Origin: Chiloscyllium plagiosum
Lineage: Eukaryota
NCBI RefSeq assembly: GCF_004010195.1
Contig: NC_057719.1
Location: 4,827,794 to 4,891,793, forward strand
Direction: 5' to 3'
DNA: 64,000 nt
Below, in pieces: positions 12,620-24,783 of this stretch (positions are counted from its first letter, which is position 1; the number at the start of each line of letters is the position of its first letter). The position numbers and the translations under genes were made by a program. The notes under the pieces are model-generated. The model worked only from the letters and a program-made list of their open reading frames with translations. It searched no databases and had not been told where the DNA came from.

Positions 12620-13745
12620 AGATGGAGAAGCATTTCTTAAGTGTGTACAAGACAATTTTCTGAGTCAGTATGGGGATGTACCGACTAGAGAAGGTGTAAA
12701 ACTTGACCTACTCTTGGGAAATAAGGCAGGGCAGTTGACTGAGGTGTCAGTGGGGGAGCACTTTGGGGCCAGCGACCATAATTTTATTCATTTTAAAATA
12801 GTTGTGGAAAAGGATAGACCAGATCTAAAAGTTGAAGTCCTAAATTGGAGAAAGGCCAATTTTGACAGTATTAGGCAAGAACTTTCGAAAGCTGATTGGA
12901 GGCAGATGTTCGCAGGTAAAGGGACGGCTGGGAAATGGGAGGCCTTCAGAAATGAGATAACGAGAATCCAGAGAAAGTATATTCCTGTCAGGGTGAAAGG
13001 GAAGGCTGGTAGGTATAGGGAATGCTGGATAACTAAGAAATTGAGGGTTTGGTTAAGAAAAAGAAGGAAGCATATGTCAGGTATAGACAGGATAGATTGA
13101 GTGAATCCTTAGAAGAGTAGAAAGTCAGTAGGAGTATACTTAAGAGGGAAATCAGGAGGGCAAAACGGGGACATGAGATAGCTTTGGCAAAAAGAATTAA
13201 AGAGAATCCAAAGGGTTTTTACAAATATATTAAGGACAAAAGGGTAACTAGGGAGAGAATAGGGCCCCTCAAAGATCAGCAAGGCGGCCTTTGTGTGGAG
13301 CCACAGAAAATGGGGAAGATATTCATTTAGTATTTTGCATCAGTATTTATGGAAGATATAGACTGTAGGGAAATAGATGGTGACATCTTGCAAAATGTCC
13401 AGATTACATAGGAGGAAGTGCTGGATGTCTTGAAACAGTTAAAAGTGGCTAAATCCCCAGGACCTGATCAGGTGTACCCGAGAACTCTGTGGAAAGTTAG
13501 AGAAATGATTGCTGGGCCTCTTGCTGAGGTATTTGTATCATCGATAGTCACAGGTGAGGTGCTAGAAGACTGGAGGTTGGCTAACATGGTGCCAGTGTTT
13601 AAGAAGGGCGGTAAAGACAAGCCAGGGAACGATAGACCGGTGAGCCTGACCTCGGTGGTAGGCAAATTGTTGGAGGGAATCCTGAGGGACAGGACATACA
13701 TGTATTAGGAAAGGCAAGAACTGATTCGGGATAGTCAATGTGGCT
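12620..13745 (+). mobile_element. CR1 ORF2 fragment (endonuclease end, linker, start of RT)
   Basis: VGEHFGASDHNFI..WRKANFD; KSPGPDQVYPRTL..DWRLANMVPVFKKG..RPVSLTSVVGKLLE. Confidence 0.9.
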
Positions 13746-13749
13746 TTGA

Positions 13750-16700
13750 AATCATCTACTGGGTCCCTGTTGTCCACCTTGCTCGTGATGTCTTCATAGA
13801 GTTCCAGTAGATTAGTTAAACATGACCTGCCTTTCATGAACCCATGCTGCATCTGTTCAATGGGACAATTTCTATCCAAATATCTTGCTATTTCTTCCTT
13901 GATAATAGATTCAAACATTTTCCCAACTAGAAGTTAAGCTAACCAGTCTATAATTCCCAATTTTTCATCTACCTCGTTTTTAAAACAGTGGCATCACGTT
14001 TGCCCCAGAATCTAGCCACTTTTGGAAAATTACCACAAGTGCACTTACTACTTCTCCCGCCATCTCCTTCAGTACCCTGGGATGCATTCGATTAGGCCCC
14101 AGAGATTTGTCTACTTTTAGCTCCATTAGCTTGCCCAGCACTACCGATTTTGTGATAATGATTGTTGACAAGTCCTCACCTACCTTTGTCTCCTTGTCAA
14201 TTATTGGCATGTTATTCGCATCCTCTGCCGTGAAAACCAACACAAAATACCTGTTCAATGCCTCAGCCATTTTCTCATATCCCATTACTAAATCCTTCTG
14301 AACTCCACCAAGTACAGATGCAGAATATGACAAGCCTTTCATTCCTTGGATCATTCTTCTAAACCTCCTCTCGACTCTCTCCAAGGACAGCACATCTCTC
14401 TTTATATATGGGACCCAACACTGCTCTCAATATTTCAAATGTGGTCTGACCAAAAGATATAGGAGCAGAAATTAGGCCATTCAATCCATCGAGTCTACTC
14501 TGCCATTCAATCATGACTGATAGGTTTCTCAATTCCACTCTCCTGCTTTCTCCCTGTTACGTAGAACATAGAACAGTACAGCACAGCACAGGCTCTTCAG
14601 CCCTTAATGTTGTGCCGACCTTTTATCCTACTCTAAGATCAAACTAACCTACATTCCCTTCATTATACTATCTTCCATGTGCCTATCCAAGAGTAACTTA
14701 AATGTCTCTAATGTAACTGAGTCTACTACAACCATGGGCAGTGCATTCCACACACTCACCACTCTCTGTGTGAAGAACCTCCCTCTGACATCTCCCCTAA
14801 ATCTTGTTCCAATCACTTTAAAATTATACCCGCTCGTGATAGACATTTCCACCATGGGAAAAAGTCTCTGGCTATCCACTCTATCCATGCCTCTCATCAT
14901 CTTGTACACCTCTATCAAGTCACCTCTCATCCATCTTTGCTCCAGTGAGAAAAACCCTAGCTCCCTCAACCTTTCTTCATAAGACACACCCTCCAGTCCA
15001 GGCAGCTTCCTGGTAAATCTCCTCTACACCTTCTCTAAAGTTTCCACATCCAAATCTTCACCTATAATGAGGCGACCAGAACTGAACACAATATTCCGTG
15101 TGGTCTAACCAGGGTTCTATAGAGCTGCAGCATAACCTCATGGCTCTTAAACTCAATGCCCCTGCTAACGAAAGCCAACGCACCATGTGCCTTCTTGACA
15201 ACCCTATCAACTTGGGTGGCAACTTTGAGGGATCTATGGAGATGGACCCAGATCCTTCTGTTCCTTCACACTGCCAAGAATCCTGCCTTTAATCCTGTAT
15301 TCTGCATTCTGATTTGACCTTCTAAAGTGAATGACTTCACACGTTTCCAGGTTGAACTCCACCTGCCAGTTATCAGCCCAGTTTTGCATCCTGTCCAAGT
15401 CCCGTTGCAACCTACAATAACCCTCCACACTATCTACCACTCCACCAACCTTCATGTCATCGGCAAACTTACTAACCCACCCTCTACTTCCTCATCTAAG
15501 TCATTTATAAAAATCAGCAGAGGTCCCAGAACTGATCCCTGCTAAACACCACTGATTCAATTCTGTCCAGGAACACAAAGGTTAAAGCTTCTGTGCTCTG
15601 TGGTGAAATTGCGCAATTACAATTGAACAATAAGCATTTTTGAGAGACAGGACAGCCTTAATTACAAGAAAAGACCAATCAACTGTAATATGGTGCTATG
15701 ATTAACAGCAGGCTAATCCAATGATATTTCCTGGGAAACGGTTCTTGTTTTACCCCCGAGCTCCCAGCCTCATTCCTGATGAAGGGCTCTGGCCCAAAAC
15801 ATCGATTCTCCTGCTCCTCGGATGCTGCCTGATCTGCTGTGCTTTTCTAGCAGCACACTCTCAACTCTGATCTCCAGCATCTGCAGACCTCACATTCTCC
15901 TGGCCTAGGGGATGTATCTATCCTTATGATTTTCAAAATCTTCGGCACATCCTCCTTCCTAACATCAACCTGGTCATGCATATCAGTCTGTTGCACGCTG
16001 TCTTCTGAAATGTCAAGGTCCCTCTCAGTAGTGAATACTGAAGCATATACTTGTTAAGGACCTCCCCCACTTCCTCCAACTCCAGGCGCAAGTTCCCTTC
16101 ACAATCCCTGATCCCCTTGGCAATCAAGAACCTGTCTACCTCTGTCGTAAATATTCTAAATGACCTGGCCTCCACAACCTTCTGTGGCAATGAATCCCAC
16201 AGATACCCCACTCTCCATTCTAAACGGTTTGCCCTTTACTCTAAGATTGTGCCCTCGGATCCTAGTCTCTCCTGCTAATAGAAACATCCTCCCAACATCC
16301 ATTCTGCCCAGGCCACTCAGTATTCTGTAAGTTTCAATTAGATCACCCAATATCCTTCTAAACTCCATCGAGTATAGACCCAGAGTTCTCAAACATTCCT
16401 CATATGTTAAGCCTTTCATTCCGGGGATCATTCTCGTGAACCTCCTCTGGCCTCCTTTGGGAGGAGTGCATCCTTTCTGAGGTATGGGACCCAAACTAGT
16501 TCACAATACTCTAAATGTGGTCTGACCAGAGCCTTATAAAGCCTCAGAAGTACATCCCGGCTTTTATATTCTCAAAACAAATGCCAACATCGCATTTGCC
16601 TTCCTAATTATTGATTCAAGCTGCAGGTTTACCTTAGAACTCCCAAGTCCCTTTGCACTTCAGATTTCTGCATTTTCTACGCATTTAGCCTCTATTCGTC

Positions 16701-17660
16701 CTACAAAAGTGCATGACCTTACACTTTACCACGTATTCCATCTGCCACTTTTTTACCCACTCTCCTAACCTGTGTAAATCCTCTGCAGTCTTCCCACCTC
16801 TTCAATACCACCTGTCCCTCCATCTACCTTTGTATCATCTGCAAACCTAGCCAGAATGCCGTCAGTTCCTTCATCGAGATCATTAACGTATAAAGTGAAA
16901 GGTTGTGGTCCCAACACTGACTCTTGCGGAACACTACTAGTCACCAGCCATCCTGAGAAGGTTTCTTTTATCCCCATTGTCTGCTTTCGGCCAGACAGAT
17001 AATCTTCTTTCGATGCTAGTACCTTGCGTCTAACACCATGGGGCCTTATCTTACAGTGTGGTCTCCTGTGTGGCACCTTGTCAAAGGCACTCTGGAAGTC
17101 CAAGTTGATAACATCCATTGGCCCTCCTTGGTTTAAGCTGCTCCTTACCTCCTCAAAGAATTTGTCAGCTATGACCTCCTCTTGATGTAACCATGCTGAC
17201 TTTGCTCTATTTTACATTGCACTTCCAAGTATTCACAAATCTCATCCTTCGCAATTAACTCCAATATTTTACCAACGACCAAGGTTAGGTAAAATTTCCT
17301 GTCTTTTGTCTTACTCCCTTCTTAAACGAGGTGATTTTCCAGTCCTCTTGGACCGTCCTGACTCCAGTTATTCATCTACTATCTCTCCAGCTATTTCCTT
17401 CAGAACTCTAGGGTGTAGTCCATCTGGTCCAGGTGATTTATCCACCTTCAGACCTTTAAGTTTTTCTAGCACCTTCTCCTCGGTGATGGCCACCATACTC
17501 ACCTCTGCCCCCTGACTCTCCTCAATTTTTTTAGGATGTTACTCATGTTTTTCACCAGGAAGACTGACGCAAAGTAATTGTTCAGTTCCTCCAGCATTTC
17601 TTTGCTTCTCATTACTATCTCTCCAAAAGGTCCTCTTTTGTCTCTGTTTTGTCCTTTATA
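13750..17660 (-). mobile_element. Cluster of nested minus-strand CR1 fragments
   Basis: ORFs QHGFMKGRSCLTNLLE, LDFQSAFDKVPH, VPQESVLGP, FADD, FFTQRVVSVWNALP; several 3' UTRs; short Penelope end at ~15770-15900. Confidence 0.85.
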
Positions 17661-17924
17661 TATCAAAACCTCTTGGCTGGGGTAATGCTGAGATGGTGAA
17701 GGGTAGCATGCTGTGGGATGTAGTCAGGGGCACTCACGTTGAGAACTGAGTCTTCATTGGGGCGATCCTCAAATTGCTCCTTCCAACAAATATTCATTGC
17801 CTGACTATCTTAGATTAATAATTTCCTGCAATAACACTCCCACAGTGGATGTTTCTGTTCAATTCCCTGTAGTTACAATGAGTGTCCAAAAGGGAGAGCT
17901 CCTGTGAGCTTTACTCTACCATTG

Positions 17925-18355
17925 ATGTTGGACAAGCACAGCCGGTCAGGTAGTATCGAAGGAGCAGGAGAGTCAATGTTTTGAGCATAAGATGGGGGGT
18001 GATGGTGATAGGTTGGAGGGAGCGTGGAACGGATAGGTGGGAAGGAAAATGGACAGGGAGGTGAACTGTCCTACCTGTCCATCCTTCCTTCCTTTCAACC
18101 ATCCACTCTGACCTATCACTCATCCCCCCACTTTCATCTACCTATCGCATTCCCAGCTACCTTCCCCCCAGCCCCAACCCCTCCCATTTATCACTCAGCC
18201 CTCTGCTCCCCACACCCCACCCAATATTTGTGATGATGAGCTTATGCTCAAAACGTCGACTCTCCTGCTCCTCGGATGCTGCCTGACCGGCTGTGCTTTT
18301 CCAGCACCACACTTTTTGACTCTGATCTCCGGCATCTGTAGGCCTCCCTTTCTCC
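17925..18355. mobile_element. Inverted Penelope-type ends
   Basis: Left and right halves are reverse complements (CAGCCGGTCAGG / CCTGACCGGCTG). Confidence 0.7.
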
Positions 18356-18359
18356 TGTA

Positions 18360-19196
18360 TTATGGGTGTCTTATTGAGAAAGGGTGTCCTTGTGTGGTTT
18401 CCTTAATTTACTGTGTGTGCCACATCGAGTGTGCCCCTGGTGATTTCCTGTAGTTACAGTGTGTGCCTGGCAGGGAGCTCTCCTGTGTGAGTTACAGCAC
18501 TGAGAAGATATGTTGCAGAGGGAGTTCTACTGTAGAAACTCCTGTAATTCCCATGATGGTGCTAGTGTGTGATTTCCAGATGCTGGATTATGTATCTGGT
18601 GCGGAGAGAGAGGCGGTTCTGCATCATTTCCTTTCGCTGCTTTGTATAACACACATAGGATGTTCCTGCGGTGACAGACGATGTCCTGTAGGGGGTGCTC
18701 CAGTAGTGGGAGTGGAAGCCTGATAGGGGAATGTGTGCTCCTGCAATGACACTGTATGTCCAGCATGTGGCGCACTAATAGTGAAAGTGGTTACCCTCGA
18801 GGAGGGGGAATTGTCCTCATTGGAGGGTGCTCCTGCAATGGCACAGGATTTGTTCCACAGGATGTGGGGGAGGGCAGAGGTAGTAGAGGTGATAAATCAG
18901 TAACAATGGGTGTCTCTCAGGGAGGTACTGCTCCAGTGAGAATGGATTCCACACTCCATCTTTGACTGTGTCTGTCCAACAGAGGGCTTACAACAGTGAC
19001 CATGGCCTCCCTTAGAATAGGTGTTCCTGCAGTGACATTGGGTGCCCGATAAGGTATGCTCCTGTAGTGACATTGGGAGTCCCAAGGTTCTGATCCTGCA
19101 ATGTTACTGAGTGTTTGACAGAGGGCACTCCTGCAATGATAGCAGTTGTCCCAAAACTGCCCCCTGTCAGTGAGAGTGAATGCCCCACAGAGAGTG
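18360..19196 (+). repeat. Highly decayed units of the same minisatellite
   Basis: Remnants such as GGGGGTGCTCCAGTAGTG, GGGTGCTCCTGCAATG, GAGGGCACTCCTGCAATGA and TTCCTGCAGTGACATTGGGTGCCC. Confidence 0.65.
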
Positions 19197-20792
19197 TTCA
19201 AAGTTAAAAAACACACAACACCACGTTATAGTCCATCAGGTTTATTTGAAAGCTCCTTCATCAGGTGGTTGTGGAGAATATGACCATAAGAGAGAATTTA
19301 TAGCAAAAGATTACAGTGTCATGCAACTGAAATGATATATTGAACAAATCTGGATTGTTATTAAGTCTTTCATCTTATAGAATGGGTTGCAGGCTTTGGT
19401 TCATTAATATGTAAATCCCAGAACTTCTTTTAAATCACTTTCTCGAGATAACATAAGGTTTTATAACATAAGGTGACATCTCAGCTCAGTCAATGCATTA
19501 AAGGTGTGAGGTCAGAGTCTGTATGTATCCCAATCTTGAGTCAGACTGGTTCTATTTCCAAAGTGGAATTTACAATATATTACATGGATCGACGGCCTGC
19601 AGATTGTGCATTTTTTGAGCAAAATAGTATGTATCTGCAGATACAAAATCACCCCACAAGCTTATGATTAGATTCCCTAGTGTTGAAACAGGCCCTTCAG
19701 CCCAACACCGACCCTCCAAAGAGTAGCCCACGCAGACCAATGCACCTAACACTATGGGCAATTTAGCATGGCCAATTCACCCTAACCTGCACATCTTTGG
19801 ACTGTGGGAGGAAACCAGAGCACACCACAGGGAGACCATGCAAACTCCATACATACAGGTTCCCGAGGCTGGAATTGAACCTGGGACCCTTGGGCTGTGA
19901 GGCAGCAGTGCTAACCACTGTGCCGCCCCTTACGTGAATGTATGTACAGGAGAGACTGAGTGTGTGCATGTTATTGTGTGAGTGTATGTGAGAGAGTGTA
20001 TTTGTGTGTGTGAAAGCTTAGTAAAGTCTGTGTGTGGGTGTGATGGAGTATATGCCTGTGAGAGGGTGTTGGTGTGAGTGTGGGGGTGTATGTGTATGAG
20101 AGAACATATGTATAGACAGGGTCTGCGTGAATGTGTGAGTATGTAGGAGATGAAGGGCTTTTGCCTGAAACATCGATTTTTCTGCTCCTCAGATGCTGCC
20201 TGACCTGCTGTGCTTTTCCAGCACCACTCTAATCTTGACTCTAATCTCCAGCATCTACAGTCCTCACTTTCGCTACTCTGCGTTGTTGCCTATCCTGAAG
20301 TCTGCCTTGGAGGATGGTCACCCGAAGATCAGAGACTGAATGTCCCGGTCCGCTGAAGTGTTCCCCGACTGGGAGGGAATGCCCCTGTTTGGTGATTGTT
20401 GTGCAGTGCCCATTCATCCATTGTCGTAGCGTCTGCTTGGTCTCGCCAGTATACCTTGCCTCAGGGCATCCTTGTCTGCAGTTTATGAGATAGGCAACAT
20501 TGACTGAATCACATGAGTACCGGCCGTGTATGTGGTGGGTAGAGTCCCCATGTGTAATGGTGGTATCCATATTGACGTTCTGACGCATCTTGCAGTGGTT
20601 GCCATGACAGGGTTCTATAGTGTTGTGGTCGATGTTGACTGAAGGCTGGGCAGTTTGCTCTGAACAATCATCTGTTTAAGGTTTAGAGGTTTTTCAAGGC
20701 AAGAAGTAGAGGTGTAGGGAAGGTCTTGGTGAGATGCTCATCCTCATCGATAATGTGTTGAAGGCTGTGAAAAACTCACGTGCATACACTCA

Positions 20793-20837
<45 letters not shown>

Positions 20838-21384
20838 GCACACGTACACACATATAACTCTATGGGGTGAATTTGTATTTGCCGAATTATATTTGCATAT
20901 ACATTGTATTTTGCTCAAAAAATACACAGTCTGCAGGCAGTCAATACACAAAATATTTTGTAAATTCCACTTTAGAGATTGAACCAGTCTGACTCAAGAT
21001 TGGGATACAGACAGCCTCTGACCTCACCTTTAATACATTGCCTAATGACATATCACCTTTTGTTATAAAGCTTTAAGTTATCTCGAGAAGATGACTTAAA
21101 AGAAGTTCTGGAATTTACATATTAATGAACCGAAATCCATTCTAAAAGATGGGAGACTTAACAACAATCCAGGCTTGCTCAATATATCATTTCATAAGAC
21201 ACACAGTGTCTTATGATCTGTGTCTTATGATTGTATCCTCCACAGCCACCTGATGAAGGAGCAGCGCTCTGAAAGCTAGTTCTTCCAAATAAACCTGGTG
21301 GACTATAACCTGGTGTGGTGTGATTTTTAATTTTGTTACCCCCCCCCCCCCCACCCCAACAAGTTCAACAATGGCTCCTCCACA
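19197..21384 (-). mobile_element. Penelope-like element with inverted terminal segments, GIY-YIG remnant and nested V-SINE (19665-19930)
   Basis: YSCDSVNVAYLINCRQGCPEARYTGETKQTLRQWMNGH at ~20400-20530; 19200-19660 is inverted relative to 20855-21335; TSD-like CCACAGAGAGTG / CCACAAAGAGTG. Confidence 0.8.
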
Positions 21385-22430
21385 CCACAAAGAGTGAGCA
21401 CTCCTGCAGTGACAGGATATATCCCACAGGTGACAAACCTGCAGTGAAAGTGGGAGTCTTTCTGGGAATGGACTGGGAGTGTCGGTGGATGTGTTTCTGC
21501 TGTAAGAGAGGGAGTCCTGCATGGGGTGCAACAGCAGTGTCAGGGCTATCCCATTCTGTGGTATACAGGGGATACATCAGCAATGACAATGATTGCACCC
21601 CAATGGCTTTCCTTCAGTGGGACTGGGTAACCCACAGGTCATAGACCTGGAGTGAAATTGAGGATCTTACATTGGAGGGTATGTGCTCCTCCAATGACAG
21701 AGAAAGTCCTACAGGGGCCTTCCAGCAGTGACATTGTTATCCCATGAATGATGGGTCTAGATTAGAGTGGTGCTGGAAAATCACATCCGGTCAGGCAGCA
21801 TCCGAGGAACAGGAAAATCAACATTTCGGGCAGGATCCCTTCATTAGGAATGATTTTCCAGCACCGCTCTAATCTTGACTCTGATCACCAGCACCTGCAG
21901 TCCTCACTTTCGCCATGAATGATGGGGTCTGCTGCAGTGCCACTGTAGTGGGTGGGTACTCCTACTCATAGTGGCTGTCCCACAGGGGGCCCTCCTGCAG
22001 TGACAGTAGGGGTCCCACAGAAGATGAGAACTACTGCAGTGACAGTGTAAGTCCTACAGGTGGCGTACCTATAGTAAAAGTAGGTGCACATTGAGGCGGG
22101 ATGTTCTCTTGCAGTGAGAGAGGGTATCTCACAGAGGGAGCTCCTGGAATGACAGTATGTGTCCCACGAAAGAATTGGGGTGTGTCTCACAGGAGTATAA
22201 TGGTGCAGTGACAATGGAAGTCATACAGGGGATGCTGTAGTGGTGAGTGTGGCTGTCTCACACAGGCCTTGCTGCTGTGACAGTGAGTTAGAATGTATGT
22301 CCTGCAGTGACACTGGGTTTCTGATAGCAGGTGTGCCTGCAGTGACATTGTTTTTCCAATGGATGGCACTCCTGCAGCAACAAAATGTTTCTGACAGGGG
22401 GTGCTCCTGCAGTGAAACCAGGTTTCTGAC
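21385..22430 (+). repeat. Decayed units of the same minisatellite
   Basis: Recurrent CTCCTGCAGTGA and CCCACAGG remnants at roughly unit spacing, e.g. TCCCACAGGGGGCCCTCCTGCAGTGAC near 21978. Confidence 0.8.
21756..21912. mobile_element. Short Penelope-type end insertion
   Basis: 14-bp TSD CCATGAATGATGGG (21742-21755, 21913-21926). Confidence 0.75.
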
Positions 22431-24187
22431 AGGGGGCGCTCCTGCAGTGATGGTGGGTGTCCCACAGGGGGCACCCCTGCAGTGACGGTGGGTGTCCCAC
22501 AGGGGGTGCTCCTACAACCACGGTGGGTGTCCCACAGGGGGCACTCCTGCAGTGATGATGGATGTCTCACAGGGGGCGCTCCTGTAGCAATGGTGGGTGT
22601 GCCACAGGGGGCGCTCCTGCAGGGTCGATGGGGGTCACACAGGGAGCGTTCCTGCAGTGATGGTGAGTGTGCCACGGGGGGTGCTCCTGCAGTGATGATA
22701 GGTGTCCCACAGGGGGCACCCCTGCAGTGATGATGGGTGTCCCACAGGGGGCATTCCTGTAGGGACGGTGGGTGTCCCACAGGGGGGCGCTCCTCCAGTG
22801 ATGATGGGTGTCCCACAGGGGGTGCACCTGCAGTGATGATGGGTGTCCCACAGGCGGCGCTCCTGCATTGATGATGGCTGTCCCACAGGGGCGCTCCTGC
22901 AGTGATGATGGGTGTCCCACAGGGGGCACTCCTGCAGTAATAATGGCTGTCCCACAGGGGCGCTCCTGCAGTGATGATGGGTGTCCCACAGGAGGCACTA
23001 CTGCAGGGACAGTGGATGTCCCACGGGGGCACTCCTGCAGTGATGATGGGTGTCCCACAGGGGGCGCTACTGCAGGGACGGTGTGTGTCCCACAGGGGGC
23101 GCTCCTGCAGTGATGATGGGTGTCCCACAGGGGGCGCTACTGCAGGGACATTGGGTGTCCCACAGGGGGTGTTCCTGCAGTGATGATGGTTGTCCCACAG
23201 GGGGCGCTCCTGCAATGAAGATGGGTGTCCCACAGGGGGCACTCCTGCAATGATGATGGGTGTCCCACAGGGGGCGCTACTGCAGGGCCGGTGGGAGTCC
23301 CACAGGGAGTGCTCCTCCAGTGATGATGGGTGCCCCACAGGGGGCAATCCTGCAGTGACGGTGGGATGTTCCACAGGGGGCACTACTGCAGGGATGGTGG
23401 GTGTCCAACAGGGGCGCTCCTGCAGTGATGATGGGTGCCCCACAGGGGGCGCTCCTACAGTGACGGTGGGGTGTCCACAGGGGGCGCACCTGCAGTGATG
23501 ATGGGCCACAGGGGCACTCCTGCAGTGATGATGGGTGTCCCACAGGGGGCACTACTGCAGGGACGGTGGGTGTCCAACAGGGGGTGCACCTGCAGTGATG
23601 ATGGGTGTCCCACAGGGGGCGCACCTGCAGTGATGATGGGTGTCCCACAGGGTGCACTACTGCAGGGACGGTGGGGTGTCCCACAGGGGGTGCTTCTGCA
23701 GTGATGGTGGGGTGTCCCACAGGGGGTGCTTCTGCAGTGATGGTGGGGTGTCCCACAGGGGGCATTACTGCAGTGACGGTGGGGTGTTCCACAGGGGGCG
23801 CTCCTACAGTGACGGTGGGGTGTCCCACAGGGGACGGTCCTGCAGTGACGGTGGGGTGTCCCACAGGTGGCGCTACTGCAGGGACATTGGGTGTCCCACA
23901 GGGGGCGCTCCTCCACTGATGGTTGTCCCACAGGGGGTGCTCCTGCAGTGATGATGGGTGTCCCACAGGGGGCGCTCCTGCAGTGACGGTGGGGTGTCCC
24001 ACTGGTGGCGCTACTGCAGGGACATTGGGTGTCCCACAGGGGGCGCTCCTCCACTGATGGTTGTCCCACAGGGAGTGCTCCTGCAGTGATGATGGGTGTC
24101 CCACAGGGGGCACTACTGCAGGGACGGTGGGGTGTCCCACAGGGGGCGCACCTGCAGCGACGGTGGGGTGTCCCACAGGGGGCGCTC
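22430..24187 (+). repeat. GC-rich minisatellite, ~35-bp unit (CTCCTGCAGTGATGATGGGTGTCCCACAGGGGGCG), about 50 copies
   Basis: Directly visible tandem units of about 32-36 bp; explains the many Pro/Cys/His-rich ORFs on both strands. Confidence 0.97.
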
Positions 24188-24189
24188 TC

Positions 24190-24400
24190 GTGCCCCTTCC
24201 CGCCCATTGTCCTGTAAGCGGCCCCGCCCTCAACTGGATGCGAAGCCCCTCCTACATCATGCAGCCAATGGGAAGCTGGGGAAGCTAACCTCTGTGCGGT
24301 GATTGGTGCCTGCCGCTGTCAATCAGGGGCGAATTGGTTACTTGGTGCCGCTGGTTACAATGAGGTGCCGGTGCCGCGGGGGCGCCGCTTTGTTCCCGGT
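24190..24400 (+). promoter_or_regulatory. Probable TATA-less CpG-rich promoter of CCDC88C
   Basis: GC box CCCCGCCC at 24222-24229, AGCCAAT (CCAAT 24265-24269), ATTGG at 24302-24306 and 24333-24337; local CpG enrichment 400-600 bp upstream of the ATG. Confidence 0.65.
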
Positions 24401-24727
24401 TCATCCTGAAGCTGCTGGAACTGAATGAGAGCGGAGCCGCAGGGGTGACCGAGTTCCCCTCCGCTTTGTAACTCTCATAGCTCCCTGTGGACACATCAAG
24501 GCAGAGGCGCCGCTGGGTTTCTATGGTGTTGCGGGAGTGTGGCTGAAGTTTGCTATTGTCGCTTCTGGGGTCTTTTGGCTGTAATTCCCACCCCGAGGAC
24601 AGAGGAAGAAAGCTCGGGGAGGGGGTGATGTGAGGATTCCTGCCCCAAGACACTGAGGGGTGGCCCAGCCCGGGGCTAACGGAGTAATTCCCACCCTCTC
24701 CATGGAGTGATTCCCCTCCACCAGCCG

Positions 24728-24756
24728 CTCTCTCTCTCTCTCTCTCTCTCTTTCTC
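24728..24756 (+). repeat. (CT)n microsatellite just upstream of the start codon
   Basis: ctctctctct... run directly visible. Confidence 0.9.
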
Positions 24757-24783
24757 AGCGGCTCCAAACCGCAGCTTCTGACC

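Noticed and set aside
12135..12620. Possible LTR fragment
   Set aside because: Composition is suggestive, but no termini, TSD, primer-binding site or internal domain was found
22430..24187. CRISPR-like array
   Set aside because: Units are contiguous with no unique spacers, there are no cas genes, and the context is eukaryotic
22187..24233. Long Pro/Cys/His-rich ORFs (440, 318 and 250 aa) on the minus strand and several on the plus strand
   Set aside because: Produced by a stop-poor 35-bp repeat; the frame shifts with each unit and ORFs overlap in all frames, with no domain or splice support
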